Part shown: positions 30,220-40,189 of the stretch, piece after piece
How the letters are laid out: each line of letters starts with the position of its first letter
Position numbering within the stretch: position 1 is the stretch's first letter
From: Candidatus Bathyarchaeota archaeon
Lineage (GTDB): Archaea > Thermoproteota > Bathyarchaeia > 40CM-2-53-6
DNA: 64,000 bases
Assembly: GCA_963726255.1 (NCBI GenBank)
Contig: CAVSBL010000002.1
Location: forward strand, 1,920,001-1,984,000
Reading direction: 5' to 3'
The notes under the pieces: model-generated
Database searches by the model: none
What the model was told of the DNA's origin: nothing
Seen by the model: the letters and a program-made list of their open reading frames with translations, nothing else
Position numbers and translations under genes: made by a program

Positions 30220-31011
30220 ATGTCGCTAATCAGCCTGCTAACTGATTTCGGGTTGTTAGATTCCTTTGTTGGTGAAATGAAGGCGGTTATTCTCTCCATT
30301 TGCCCCGATGCTAGAATCGTTGACATCACACATCAAGTAGAGAAATTCGACGTTCGAATGGGCGCTTTCCTCCTAGCCGGAGCAGCATCCTATTTTCCAG
30401 CAGGGACGGTTCATGTTGCTGTAGTCGACCCTGGCGTGGGGAGCAAACGTCGCCCAATCGTCGTTGAGACAGCGCGGGCTGTTTATGTTGGCCCGGATAA
30501 TGGACTGCTGGTTCCCGCCGCTCAGCGTGAAGGCATTCTTCACGTTTACGAGTTAACAACCCGTTCTTTCATGCGGGAGAAGGTTTCCGCGACATTTCAC
30601 GGGAGAGATGTTTTTGCTCCAGCCGCCGCGCACCTAGCTTCTGGGAAGCGGCCCAGCGAATGCGGGCCTGAGGTCACGGATTATGTGCAGCCATCCTATA
30701 CCAAGGCCCGCTTCGACGGTAAGAGAATCACTTGCGAAATTTTCCATATTGACGGTTTCGGAAACATCGTGACGAACGCTTCGAATGAAATCGAGAAATT
30801 GGGGTTGGCGTTCGGGGATAAGGTTTCGCTTACGCTGGAGAAGAGACGGTTTCAAGCGCGCTTCGTTCGAACCTATTCAGACCTTGACGGGAAAGAGCTC
30901 GGTGTCCTTTTCGGGAGCCATGGGTTTATGGAGGTCGCCTGCCGCGAAGCCAGTGCGGCCGATAGGCTTAGGGTTAGAATTGGGAGTGCTGTGCATGTCG
31001 GTGCTGTTTAG
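30220..31011 (+). CDS. SAM hydroxide adenosyltransferase (DUF62, chlorinase/fluorinase family)
   Basis: LTDFG, VVDPGVG, GPDNG, TFHGRDVFAP, DGFGN. Confidence 0.93.
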   Translation: MSLISLLTDFGLLDSFVGEMKAVILSICPDARIVDITHQVEKFDVRMGAFLLAGAASYFPAGTVHVAVVDPGVGSKRRPIVVETARAVYVGPDNGLLVPAAQREGILHVYELTTRSFMREKVSATFHGRDVFAPAAAHLASGKRPSECGPEVTDYVQPSYTKARFDGKRITCEIFHIDGFGNIVTNASNEIEKLGLAFGDKVSLTLEKRRFQARFVRTYSDLDGKELGVLFGSHGFMEVACREASAADRLRVRIGSAVHVGAV

Positions 31012-31540
31012 GCTCGTCGGTTAGTGCAAGTTCTTTCAGCCTTTCATCGCCGAAAATGCTTTTGATGTACGCGGCGACTGAGTCGGGTACGAGTTTCTCC
31101 CAGCTGTCGCCGCGAACAACACGTTCGCGTATCTCGGTTGACGAGTACGTTTCCCGGTCGAAGAAGGGTATGGGTTCGACGCGGAAGCCTGCCTCCTTGA
31201 AAAGGCGTGAGGTAATGGGTTCGTTTGAGAATACGACTTCGAAGCGGGGAGTTTGGGAGACTAGGTGTGGAACCCAGAGGTCGTGGATTCGAAGGTCCCG
31301 TATCGGGATAAGGTAGTATTTGGCAGCGTCAATCTTAGCCTCATCGAGAGCCAAACGGATCATGGTGACCCGTTCCCCTGCTGTGAACGGGTTGTGCAGC
31401 GTATGGCTGAATTGCGCGCTCCCGATCGCGATGATAAGCTCAGGCATCTTCTTCAAGGCTTGTTGGACGCAATGCACGTGGCCTAAGTGGAAGGGTTGAA
31501 AGCGCCCGATCAACAATCCGCGATTCTTGCCGCTGTCCAA
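30974..31540 (-). CDS. nadM: Nicotinamide-nucleotide adenylyltransferase
   Basis: GRFQPFHLGH, GSAQ, NPFTAGER, SSTEIR. Confidence 0.93.
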   Translation of the reverse strand: MDSGKNRGLLIGRFQPFHLGHVHCVQQALKKMPELIIAIGSAQFSHTLHNPFTAGERVTMIRLALDEAKIDAAKYYLIPIRDLRIHDLWVPHLVSQTPRFEVVFSNEPITSRLFKEAGFRVEPIPFFDRETYSSTEIRERVVRGDSWEKLVPDSVAAYIKSIFGDERLKELALTDEPKQHRHAQHSQF

Positions 31541-31708
31541 GCTTCAAGTACCCTAGCCCAGTTTCAGGCAGCGAACTCAACCTTCAACCGCCTATTAAGA
31601 GAACACCTTCACGCAGAGACGCGTTCGCGAATCTGTGCTGAGATGGTTTAGCTGAGCATGCTTGGGTCTAAGCGTTTGATGAAACGTGTCTTCTACTCTA
31701 GTCTTCGT

Positions 31709-32275
31709 TCATTCGGGTTTCCAAAGTGATTCCACGGAAACTCTTTCGCCTCGGAATACTACGCCCTCACGTTCAAGCAATCCGCGCTTGACATAGCCCC
31801 CCTCGGAAGGCTTCCGGCCTGGCATTCCATAGTTTCCAACCATCAACGACGCAGGAACAACTCTGTGACATGGGATAACTAATGGGAATGGATTGGTGGC
31901 CACCGCCGTCCCAACCGCACGAGCGTACCGCATACCTCCAAGCTTCTTAGCTAAGGTCCCATAGGTTGCGACCTTGCCGCTTGGAATTTCCCAGAGAAGA
32001 CTGTAGACCTTTCTCCTAAATTGCGAAACGTTCGACAAGTCCAGAGGCTCCGGTTTTCCTTTACGCTTGCCTGAATAGATTTCGAAGATTTCTTGGAATA
32101 TACTTGAGTCAACCGAGCCGCTTTCAATCTGTGACTTGGGAACCATCCGCTTGACCGATTTCTCAGCTTCGCTTCTACTGGAGTCCGAAAATGCGCAAGC
32201 AACCAACTGGTCTTTCTCATTCAGCGCCACGGTGAACCACACACCATCTTTCTGTTGGGATCGGATTCGAATCAT
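31709..32275 (-). CDS. ogt: Methylated-DNA-protein-cysteine methyltransferase
   Basis: ARAVGTA, NP, PCHRVV active-site motif. Confidence 0.92.
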   Translation of the reverse strand: MIRIRSQQKDGVWFTVALNEKDQLVACAFSDSSRSEAEKSVKRMVPKSQIESGSVDSSIFQEIFEIYSGKRKGKPEPLDLSNVSQFRRKVYSLLWEIPSGKVATYGTLAKKLGGMRYARAVGTAVATNPFPLVIPCHRVVPASLMVGNYGMPGRKPSEGGYVKRGLLEREGVVFRGERVSVESLWKPE

Positions 32276-32386
32276 GCAAGTCGCCGACCCGGTCTATGTT
32301 TGTGAGCGTAGATAAAATGTGGGCCGGCGGTGGACGAGTAGTTTCATTAGCCTCTCTGGCTGATTAAAGAGGCCCATCAGATTTCA

Positions 32387-33721
32387 GTGGTCCTGATGGG
32401 CTTGGGCTCGCTCCAGAACCTTGAGTGGATTCAGAAGAGAACCGGCCTAGACCCTGCCCAGAACCATGAATCTCTTACCTTCATCACAACAACTTCCTCC
32501 ACCATCTGCATGCAATGCCGCGGTAGCCGCATGCTTTGCGGAAAAGCCTCCTGCCCAATCCTATCAAAAGCGGAATTGCTTGTTAAGCATCTGCCGGAGT
32601 TGGGTAGGTCGGAGATTGATGGCTCAAGCCCGCCTGGTGCGTTCGTGGGGCATGTCGGTTACCCGAAAGTCTACGTTGGCCCATTGATTCCGCCCACGAA
32701 AGGCGACACGCATCTTCTTGATACGCCTGAATTATGGCTCGGCAAGGATATCCAGACGATTATTGACTTCAGGTTCAGCTTGATTCGCGGAAAATCGCTG
32801 CTAGATATTCACGACGCCACCGACCCTAACTCGTACCTACTCGACCTGCATGACCTTGCTCTTTCGTCGGCTTCGGTTGATGTGGACGCGAAGTTTCGCA
32901 AGAAACCGCGAATGGCTGTGACCCTAAGCAACGAAACGCAACCCTTCGGCCCGTCGGCGATGATTGAGAAGCTGCAGGTCTCGCCGAGTACCGGTGAACG
33001 GCGGCTTGAGGCTGTGTACTACGATGGGGATGAGTTGGCGGTGGAAGGCATGTTCGATCTTTACACGGACGGGGTTGAGGTTTCGCGCATCCAACGCACG
33101 CTAAGCCTTGGCATGCTCGGCGTGCAGAAGCAGAGGAAAATTGTTCCAACCCGCTGGAGCATCACCGCTGTCGATGACACACTCTCAAAACGGCTGCTTC
33201 GTTCAGTGAGAAATTACCCGCCCATCGACAAATACCAAGTCTACACATACCAGTATCTCGATAATGTGTACGAGGTCCTACTGTCACCGAGGAATTGGGA
33301 GTACGAGTCGATTGAAGCTTGGTTCCCAGGGACGGCTTGGAACGAGAATGGCACGATGCCCGCAATCATGGGCGACCACGAGCCATACGAAGGTAGAACA
33401 ACTTACGCCTCTATCGGAGGCTGTTACTACTCATGCAGGCTGGCGGCCTCGGAAGCACTCGAGAGAGTGCAACGGCAGGCCGCGGTCCTAGTTCTTCGGG
33501 AAGCACGACCAGGCTACATCCTTCCCGTCGGCGTTTGGAACGTCAGGGAAAGCGTGCGCGCGGCCCTCAAAACAAAACCAGCAACCTTCGACACCTTCCA
33601 GCAAGCGCTACACTACGCCTGCACCAATTTCATAATCCCGCAAAAAACCTGGATTGCGAATAGCGTTCTCATCCGCAACGAGATGTTTCAGCGACGCCTC
33701 AACCAATACTTCGCCAACTAA
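32387..33721 (+). CDS. nreA: Archaeal DNA repair protein NreA
   Basis: CxxCRG..LCG...CP zinc finger; GSSPP; VPTRWSITAVD; C-terminal PIP box QRRLNQYF. Confidence 0.92.
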   Translation: MVLMGLGSLQNLEWIQKRTGLDPAQNHESLTFITTTSSTICMQCRGSRMLCGKASCPILSKAELLVKHLPELGRSEIDGSSPPGAFVGHVGYPKVYVGPLIPPTKGDTHLLDTPELWLGKDIQTIIDFRFSLIRGKSLLDIHDATDPNSYLLDLHDLALSSASVDVDAKFRKKPRMAVTLSNETQPFGPSAMIEKLQVSPSTGERRLEAVYYDGDELAVEGMFDLYTDGVEVSRIQRTLSLGMLGVQKQRKIVPTRWSITAVDDTLSKRLLRSVRNYPPIDKYQVYTYQYLDNVYEVLLSPRNWEYESIEAWFPGTAWNENGTMPAIMGDHEPYEGRTTYASIGGCYYSCRLAASEALERVQRQAAVLVLREARPGYILPVGVWNVRESVRAALKTKPATFDTFQQALHYACTNFIIPQKTWIANSVLIRNEMFQRRLNQYFAN

Positions 33722-33763
33722 TGTTCAAATCTTCGTAGAGCACGAGAAAGGATACTCTTTTTC

Positions 33764-34870
33764 GTGAACGAAGCCGTTGTAACCAGCGCACAGGAGTCTC
33801 GCGGATCGTTGATCGAAATAGCAGGCGACATGCTGGAGGGAGGAGGCCAGATTGTTCGTACAACAGTAGCCCTCTCCGCCCTCACGGGGAAGGACGTCAG
33901 AATCACGAAGATACGAGATAAACGGCCTAACCCTGGCTTGCAAGCGCAACACGTGACAGCGGTGCGGTCGGTTGCAGCTGTTGCTGGTGCGGAAACCGAG
34001 GGCCTATTGCCGGGGTCTAGGGAGTTAGTGTTCAGACCCCGCAAGTATGTTGCGGGCCGCTTCAGTTTCAATGTGGGAACAGCCGGTAGCATTCCGCTTA
34101 TCCTGCAAGCTGTGATGCCTTCAGCCGCCTACGCCCCAGGCCAAGTTGAGTTCGAGTTGACAGGCGGGACAGACGTGCCTTGGAGCCCCACGATTGACTA
34201 CATTCGCCTAGTCGAGCTCCCGATATTGAAGTTGATGGGTTACCGGGCTGATTTAACCGTTGACCGACGGGGACATTATCCCAAGGGAGGAGGCCGCGTT
34301 ACAATAGTGGTTGACCCACCAAGAGTCCTGAAGGCCGTTAGACTGCTTGAACACGGCGAGCTAACAGGTGTGGAGGGAATTAGCCATTGCGTGAAACTTC
34401 CCAGCCACGTAGCCCAGAGGCAAGCGACTGCTGCGACGGAGAGGCTGAATGCGAGCGGAATTCACGCGGTGAACATAGCCATCGAAACCCACTCACCAGC
34501 CCAAGATCCACACTTCGCTCCGGGAAGCGGCATAGCCCTGGCCATGAAATTCACAAACGGCCCTATACTCGGTGCAGATAGCATTGGGGAAAGGGGCAAA
34601 CCAGCTGAACGAGTAGGAGAGGAAGCCGCAAGCAAATTGCTTACAGAGTTCGATTCCAAAGCCGCCGTGGACCAGCACATGGGCGACATACTCATACCAT
34701 ACATCGCCGTAGCCGAAGGGCGCTCCGAGCTACAAATCTCAGCAATCACAACCCACACATTGACCAACATCAAGGTAGCCGAGATTCTTTCGGGCGTAAA
34801 ATTCCAAGTTCAAGGGTCGCTGCATGAACCTGGAAGAATTAGTGTTGAAGGAATAGGTTTGAGAACATGA
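33764..34870 (+). CDS. rtcA: RNA 3'-terminal phosphate cyclase
   Basis: EGGGQIVR, PGLQAQH, GGTDVPWSP, YPKGGG, THTLTN. Confidence 0.95.
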   Translation: MNEAVVTSAQESRGSLIEIAGDMLEGGGQIVRTTVALSALTGKDVRITKIRDKRPNPGLQAQHVTAVRSVAAVAGAETEGLLPGSRELVFRPRKYVAGRFSFNVGTAGSIPLILQAVMPSAAYAPGQVEFELTGGTDVPWSPTIDYIRLVELPILKLMGYRADLTVDRRGHYPKGGGRVTIVVDPPRVLKAVRLLEHGELTGVEGISHCVKLPSHVAQRQATAATERLNASGIHAVNIAIETHSPAQDPHFAPGSGIALAMKFTNGPILGADSIGERGKPAERVGEEAASKLLTEFDSKAAVDQHMGDILIPYIAVAEGRSELQISAITTHTLTNIKVAEILSGVKFQVQGSLHEPGRISVEGIGLRT

Positions 34871-34945
34871 AATGAGCTGAGGACTAGAGGGTAGGGATAA
34901 AATAACGGCTTCACGTGGTACGAAAGCCTACTTGGCGAATCCACT

Positions 34946-35374
34946 ATGTTGGCTAACTTCATCCAAGTTCTCATTGTGATTCTGCTTGGTGTCCTATTCG
35001 CGTACCTGTACGGCTTCATTGAGCATGGTTACATTCCTCCAGCCGAGCACCTTCGGCTGCGTTTTTTCAATCATTTCGCGAATTACCATATCATCATGTT
35101 CGGGTTGTTTTCAGCGCTGCCCTTAGTGGTTCTAGTCTTCGAGCCAAACATACTGGGCATCTTGCTGAGCTTCGGCTTGTGGGCTTTCCTACCGGTAGGA
35201 GAAGATATTTCCTGGTACCATTTCGCAGGTACCTGGCCCACACCTGAAGATTGGACCTCATGGGGAGGCGGCTACCACATCAGAAAAAGATGGGTGCCCA
35301 GATGGTACGTTACTAATTTGGTGTTAACGGGCCTGTTCTTCGGACTAGCTTTAGCCCTTCCCCTTTTCCAATAG
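34946..35374 (+). CDS. Hypothetical membrane protein
   Basis: Four hydrophobic segments; YH and EDxxW motifs. Confidence 0.7.
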   Translation: MLANFIQVLIVILLGVLFAYLYGFIEHGYIPPAEHLRLRFFNHFANYHIIMFGLFSALPLVVLVFEPNILGILLSFGLWAFLPVGEDISWYHFAGTWPTPEDWTSWGGGYHIRKRWVPRWYVTNLVLTGLFFGLALALPLFQ

Positions 35375-35402
35375 CTTCGCCTATCAGGGGACAGCGGCCG
35401 AT

Positions 35403-35630
35403 CTAGAGGCGTTTCACGATTTCGGCAAACACGTGGCGTGCCGAACACATTGTTATTCGAGCCTTGACTTTCTCCCCTGCCTTCGCGCCTTTCACAAAAA
35501 CGATGCAGCCATGCATCCGGCCTATCCCATCGCCTGAGCGTGAAATCTCCTTGATTTCCAAGTCAACCTCGTCTCCAACCTTCAACCCATGCCAAGCAGC
35601 CAACAAAACCAACCTCGACGTGCAATTCAA
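35403..35630 (-). CDS. Single TRAM-domain RNA-binding protein
   Basis: VGDEVDLEI...GDGIGR..G.IVFVKGAKAGEKVKARI; start uncertain. Confidence 0.85.
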   Translation of the reverse strand: MNCTSRLVLLAAWHGLKVGDEVDLEIKEISRSGDGIGRMHGCIVFVKGAKAGEKVKARITMCSARHVFAEIVKRL

Positions 35631-35763
35631 CAGACTCGTACTTTGCTATCAACCTGTCCCTGAGATCGAACTCTTCGCACGTGATGTGCTGCCCAGCTTC
35701 ATCTGATGCCATGTTGGACTCCAATCCATCTGCCTGGAATGCCTGGGCATGTTAGTTGCATGT

Positions 35764-35870
35764 GCGCGCACGCTTGGAGGGACCCCCCGGGGGTGGTACA
35801 TTTTTTGAGGTCAAGGGGGGTTGATTTTGCGGTTTTCTTGGAGTGGCGCGTACGCTTGCGGGGACCCCCC
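35764..35870. repeat. Imperfect 25-bp GC-rich direct repeat pair in an intergenic region
   Basis: GCGCGCACGCTTGGAGGGACCCCCC (35764) vs GCGCGTACGCTTGCGGGGACCCCCC (35846): 22/25 identical. Confidence 0.7.
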
Positions 35871-36065
35871 CTGGTGGGGGGGCTAGCCCATGCAGGGTGG
35901 GGCATCCTCGCTTCCTACCATGCACATGGTCGCCAGCGACCAGGTGCATTGTTCCGCGGTCAAACCACTGAAGCATAACATATGCTAGACATCATTCGCG
36001 CTTGGTAAGGGTAAAAGAACTTGCACGGGGAACGTTGCTGGGACCATGCCGCGGCTAGAGGTTCC

Positions 36066-36923
36066 TTACTTCTTTCTTTTTCTGTCTTCTTTGTTCTTGC
36101 TGGTTCCCTTGTAGGTTAGTACTCTGCCCCAGAGGTCCTTTGTTCCCCAGATTCCTCTGCGCAGAGTTTCTAAGTGAACAATTTGGCTGTGGTCTACGAA
36201 CAGGTTCACTTCCGGACCGTAATTCTTGATGTACCAGCCGAACACCTCAGGGTCTGCGGCTTCAAACATTACCTTTTCCAATCCCAACGCATCGATTATT
36301 TTTGGCGGCACGTCGGTCCGCCAGGTTTTGACATTTTCCGTTATTCCTTCCGATTCAATCATGATCATGTACGCGCCTGCGTCTAGGAAACGCTTAGCCT
36401 CTGAGATTGCCCAAGCTGGGTCCTTTGTTCCTTCAGCTTCGAGTTCTGCGATTGATGTGGCGCCGCCGGAGCCGAATTGGATTCCAACTTCAGGTTTCGG
36501 CTTCAACCCAGCTTTCTTGACAAGCTCCACCAGTTGGACCCAATCGTCGACAGGTATTGTGATGAAACCGCAGGAAATCTCAATTATGTCAAAGCCAATA
36601 TCCTTGCATTCCTTCACGTAGCGTTCCACGGCCTCAGGGCCCTGTGTCAAAACGTATTCCATCCACCCGCCCGTCGAGACGAGCACGTTGTACCGGTGCG
36701 CGGTGTCGATAATCTCCTTGAGCACGTCTCTCTTCATGAGGCTGAAGGATCCGGCTGCGAACTTTAGTGAGTCCACGTATTCGCCCATTGTCTCCAGAAC
36801 GTCTTCGAGGTACCGTTTCCCCATGACCGTGTAGTATGGGCCACGGATCTCAGTAACTCCTTTCGTTCGGGGCTTTCCAGGCCGTTCGTTCATTTTGATA
36901 AAGGAAAACGCTCTGCCGCTCAA
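36066..36923 (-). CDS. comA: Phosphosulfolactate synthase (ComA) family
   Basis: KPRTKGVT, KFAAGS, STGGWME, IEISCG, MIESEG, MFEA, PEVNL. Confidence 0.88.
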   Translation of the reverse strand: MSGRAFSFIKMNERPGKPRTKGVTEIRGPYYTVMGKRYLEDVLETMGEYVDSLKFAAGSFSLMKRDVLKEIIDTAHRYNVLVSTGGWMEYVLTQGPEAVERYVKECKDIGFDIIEISCGFITIPVDDWVQLVELVKKAGLKPKPEVGIQFGSGGATSIAELEAEGTKDPAWAISEAKRFLDAGAYMIMIESEGITENVKTWRTDVPPKIIDALGLEKVMFEAADPEVFGWYIKNYGPEVNLFVDHSQIVHLETLRRGIWGTKDLWGRVLTYKGTSKNKEDRKRKK

Positions 36924-38335
36924 CGCTTTGTTCCTCTTTTAGGGTCGGGAATATTTTCCAAAAGCTCCGTAAGGTCTGTGACATATAGGTCTTCCATCTG
37001 ACTGATGCAATCCACGATTTGCTTTCGCAAATTCTTGTCAACATATCGCGTGCTGAGGCTGTCAAATTTCTGAACCGCCCTCTCCCAGCCCATGGGACGT
37101 GTGAAGAAGCCCTCGTAGTCCCGTTTCTCCTTCTCAACCATCCGCCCGCCCTTCAAATGAACTATCAGGTGGGACGGCATCTCATTCGGAAACCTACGGC
37201 TGTAATCTTCTCGGGGTCTGACGACGATCTTCTGTAGAAGTTCCTGAACGTCGCTTCTGTTAATTCGGTCAGGATAATATTGCTCGGGCATGACTGTCCC
37301 ATCCAGAATCGCCGTAGCAACAATGTAGGGGAGACTGTGGTCTGCTTCTTCTTTCGTACGGATGTGTTTCTTTTCGCCTTCTTCTCCGCCGCCGATTATG
37401 TTGTAGGCTACGTCGAAGACTTCGACCTCGACTTTCTCGATGTCCGCCGGGGCAAAGCCCTGTTCCCTCTTGAGGTTTAAGATGCCTTCAATTGAAGATT
37501 GGGAATGAACCTCGGCATTGTACTTCTTTATGATTGTGCGTGTAACCCGCTCCAAGTTCTCCTTAGACCAGTCAATTTCGAATTTTCCAGCAATCGAATC
37601 CATGAATCCCTTGTTTCCTTCAAAAACCTCAGCCGGCCCAGTAATGCCGCGCATTGCCAAGAAGGCTGCATGAGTCGCGCCGAAGCCAGTGAAAGGATAA
37701 GCCAGCCCCTTCCAGTGGGACAGTTTCCCAGTACGCGTTACGCGAAGTGCGTTTAGGGCTGTGCCGCTGATAGCGATCGCATTCGCCGTCTTCTCAACAT
37801 CTAAGCCTAAAGCCTTGGAGACGCCTGCGGCTGCAGCGTACGATCCCTGTGTTGTATGGTCGAAGCCTTTGCTTCGGACCGGGGCCACGTCGCTGAGGCG
37901 GCATTGCACTTGGTAGGCTACAGCGAGCGCCAGCAGGAAATCGGTTCCCTTCGCCTTCGCGTACTCCGCCGCAGCTAGAACGGCGCCAACATTATCGTTA
38001 GGATGGCAAGTCTCCCCTTTTGCTAAGTAGCTGTCGTTGAAGTCCAAATAGCGAACCAGCGCCCCGTTGTACAACGCTGCAAGGTCGGGAGCCGTCTTCC
38101 CACCACCAACAAGCGTGCAATGCGCTTTTCCCCCGAAATCATCCAGCTGCGCCTGCAGCATGCGAATTGGTTCGCCTTCGAGGGCACCAATCGCACACCC
38201 GAGGGCATCCAAGACTCGGATCTTCAGCTCCTGCTTAGCCGCTGGTGACAAGTCTTTGAAAGACGCTTTCGTCACAAATTGCGCAAGTTCATGAACTTTG
38301 GTTGATTTCTGAGACAAGGCTGAAGCCGCCAGCAA
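36920..38335 (-). CDS. MmgE/PrpD-family dehydratase
   Basis: RYLDFNDSY, HPNDN, GFDHTT, LSHWKG, ADHSLPY. Confidence 0.92.
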   Translation of the reverse strand: MLAASALSQKSTKVHELAQFVTKASFKDLSPAAKQELKIRVLDALGCAIGALEGEPIRMLQAQLDDFGGKAHCTLVGGGKTAPDLAALYNGALVRYLDFNDSYLAKGETCHPNDNVGAVLAAAEYAKAKGTDFLLALAVAYQVQCRLSDVAPVRSKGFDHTTQGSYAAAAGVSKALGLDVEKTANAIAISGTALNALRVTRTGKLSHWKGLAYPFTGFGATHAAFLAMRGITGPAEVFEGNKGFMDSIAGKFEIDWSKENLERVTRTIIKKYNAEVHSQSSIEGILNLKREQGFAPADIEKVEVEVFDVAYNIIGGGEEGEKKHIRTKEEADHSLPYIVATAILDGTVMPEQYYPDRINRSDVQELLQKIVVRPREDYSRRFPNEMPSHLIVHLKGGRMVEKEKRDYEGFFTRPMGWERAVQKFDSLSTRYVDKNLRKQIVDCISQMEDLYVTDLTELLENIPDPKRGTKR

Positions 38336-38384
38336 TTATCAGCACTAAGCTATCTTTGTTACCATGTGCTCGGTCCGAGGGAGT

Positions 38385-38516
38385 TCACGATTTCTGGCAG
38401 GTCTTCTCATGCTCAGGCAAGCATTTCTCGCACATGGTGTTACCGCAGTTCTTACACATTTTGAGCGGGCCTTCGAGTGGTTGACCGCAAAAGCCGCAAT
38501 AGTTACCAGACAGCAA
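38385..38516 (-). CDS. AN1/B-box-like zinc-finger microprotein, 43 aa (not in ORF track)
   Basis: MLSGNYCGFCGQPLEGPLKMCKNCGNTMCEKCLPEHEKTCQKS: three CxxC plus HxxxC; TTG start. Confidence 0.75.
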   Translation of the reverse strand: MLSGNYCGFCGQPLEGPLKMCKNCGNTMCEKCLPEHEKTCQKS

Positions 38517-38684
38517 AGGATTGCAACTCTTTCTTTCTACCTTCAACGGTTAATGTTTAGACCTAATAATCTGCCCGTTAATCGCGGCAGTTGACGATTG
38601 GAGAGGAGACTCCATCACGAACGTGATGCGGTAACTTGACGCATTCGAAGTTTGAGCGTTGGGGGCCGCCCGAGACTAAACAGC

Positions 38685-38837
38685 CTACTTGACTACGACC
38701 CGGTACGCTCGTAGGACCTTTTGTGAGCCGCGGCAGGCTGGGCATTCTTCAAAGCATCCAATGTCCTTGATTATCTCCCATCGGCCGCCAGACCCGTGGC
38801 ACCATGGGCAGTCAATTTCCCCAAGCTCCTCAATCAT
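38685..38837 (-). CDS. DnaJ-type zinc-finger microprotein, 50 aa (not in ORF track)
   Basis: MIEELGEIDCPWCHGSGG...ECPACRGSQKVLRAYRVVVK; ATGA overlap with the upstream gene. Confidence 0.72.
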   Translation of the reverse strand: MIEELGEIDCPWCHGSGGRWEIIKDIGCFEECPACRGSQKVLRAYRVVVK

Positions 38838-39007
38838 AGGTCCAACTCCGCTCGGCGGGCCTTTCGCTCCAACTTGTTACCGATCTTCACCCATGTTTGA
38901 AGGCAATCAGGGCACGAATAACCAGCTGAGACCTCAATGCCTCTCGCATGCCAACTGTATTCTATGCTTTCCAATTCCAAGGTACAGATGCATTGTGGGC
39001 AAATCAT
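38834..39007 (-). CDS. Zinc-ribbon microprotein, 57 aa
   Basis: MICPQC...YSCPDC; ATG at 39007. Confidence 0.72.
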   Translation of the reverse strand: MICPQCICTLELESIEYSWHARGIEVSAGYSCPDCLQTWVKIGNKLERKARRAELDL

Positions 39008-39146
39008 GAGCTTGAGCCTGCCGAGAAAGAAAGTTAACCGCATAGGTGAGTGAATTCCTTCGACAGAGACAGCTGAAAGAAGTGGCTCATCTTGGAGGAT
39101 TCACCGTGTTTCAGTCGAGTTCACCAAGATAGTTTCGAGGGGCTTG

Positions 39147-39428
39147 TCAAGCTTCATTGGGTCTAGTTTTTCGGCTCACCCACAGAGTTGAATCGTCGAC
39201 TGTGTTACGTATCTCTAGGATTCTATGAAACGGGATTAGTGTCTCATCGCCTTCGTGCGATTCCTGTATCGTGAAGTAGGATTTTCCGAGTGAATGAATC
39301 TCAGACGCTTTGATTTGCTTCACGTCGCCTGGCGCTCCCCGGTGGCGGTACGTGATGACATAATCGTCAGGGTTCTCCTTCTCATCCCAGCGGAGCCTGT
39401 TGAGAACGTTCTTCAGCGGATGAACCAT
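39147..39428 (-). CDS. DUF504/MJ1316 RNA-repair domain protein
   Basis: LNRLRWD, YRHRGAP, IPFHRI. Confidence 0.88.
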   Translation of the reverse strand: MVHPLKNVLNRLRWDEKENPDDYVITYRHRGAPGDVKQIKASEIHSLGKSYFTIQESHEGDETLIPFHRILEIRNTVDDSTLWVSRKTRPNEA

Positions 39429-39558
39429 GAACCATCTTCAGCTTTGCCTATGTTTGCTAGCGTAGGAGGCGGCGTTCTAGATATTGCTCTCGAAATTGGT
39501 TGCTGTCAAGTCAGCTTAAAACCCTGACTGGCGCAAGGGTTGTTGGGTTTAGAGAACG

Positions 39559-39975
39559 TTGGCTAGCCAGAAACTTCTTGACATGTTGAACAAGGCAATT
39601 GCTGGGGAGCTTCAAGCCATAATTCAGTACATGTGGCAGCACATCCAGTGGAAAGGAATTGAGCACTACGCGGTCAGCAAAGGATTCGAGGAAACCGCGA
39701 TGGCAGAAATGAAACATGCCGAGAAGATTGCTGAGAGGCTCTGGTACCTAGGCGCAAAGCCAACAATACAACCTGCCCCCATCTTCGTCGGAAATTCACT
39801 CGAAGAGATGATTCAATCCGACGTGAAAGCAGAGTTAGAAACAATAGCTCTATACAAAGAAATCATGGAACAGGCACAAAAGGAAGGCGACGTTGCCACA
39901 AAGGAAATCTTCGAAGAGATAGAGGAAGACGAAGAAGAACACCACGACTTCTTCTCAAGCCTACTCGAAAAATAA
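39559..39975 (+). CDS. Ferritin-like protein (bacterioferritin/DPS-like)
   Basis: ELQAIIQY, EMKHAE, DEEEHH ferroxidase motifs. Confidence 0.9.
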   Translation: MASQKLLDMLNKAIAGELQAIIQYMWQHIQWKGIEHYAVSKGFEETAMAEMKHAEKIAERLWYLGAKPTIQPAPIFVGNSLEEMIQSDVKAELETIALYKEIMEQAQKEGDVATKEIFEEIEEDEEEHHDFFSSLLEK

Positions 39976-40189
39976 GCGCCCCCCTTCGCTTTCGCGATAA
40001 TGCGCTCCTGCGTTCGCGCCGCGAGAATCTAATGGCGTTCGAAGAATGCAACTGTCTCCTACGAGGAGGGTCAGCAAAGTCCATGAATTGTCCAGAACCC
40101 TTCACGTTTAACCCTCTTCGAGGTACCGTAAATGAACAAATACTTGCCGCAAGCTTTTTTCAACAGGTCCACTAAGAGCGGCGATAGCC

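Noticed and set aside
35700-35970. Possible RNase P or SRP RNA (GAGGATGCCCCACC on minus; GGGCTAG on plus)
   Set aside because: No ACAGAA...GCTTA 3' motif for RNase P and no GGAAGGGAGCA helix 8 for SRP; kept only as an unexplained element
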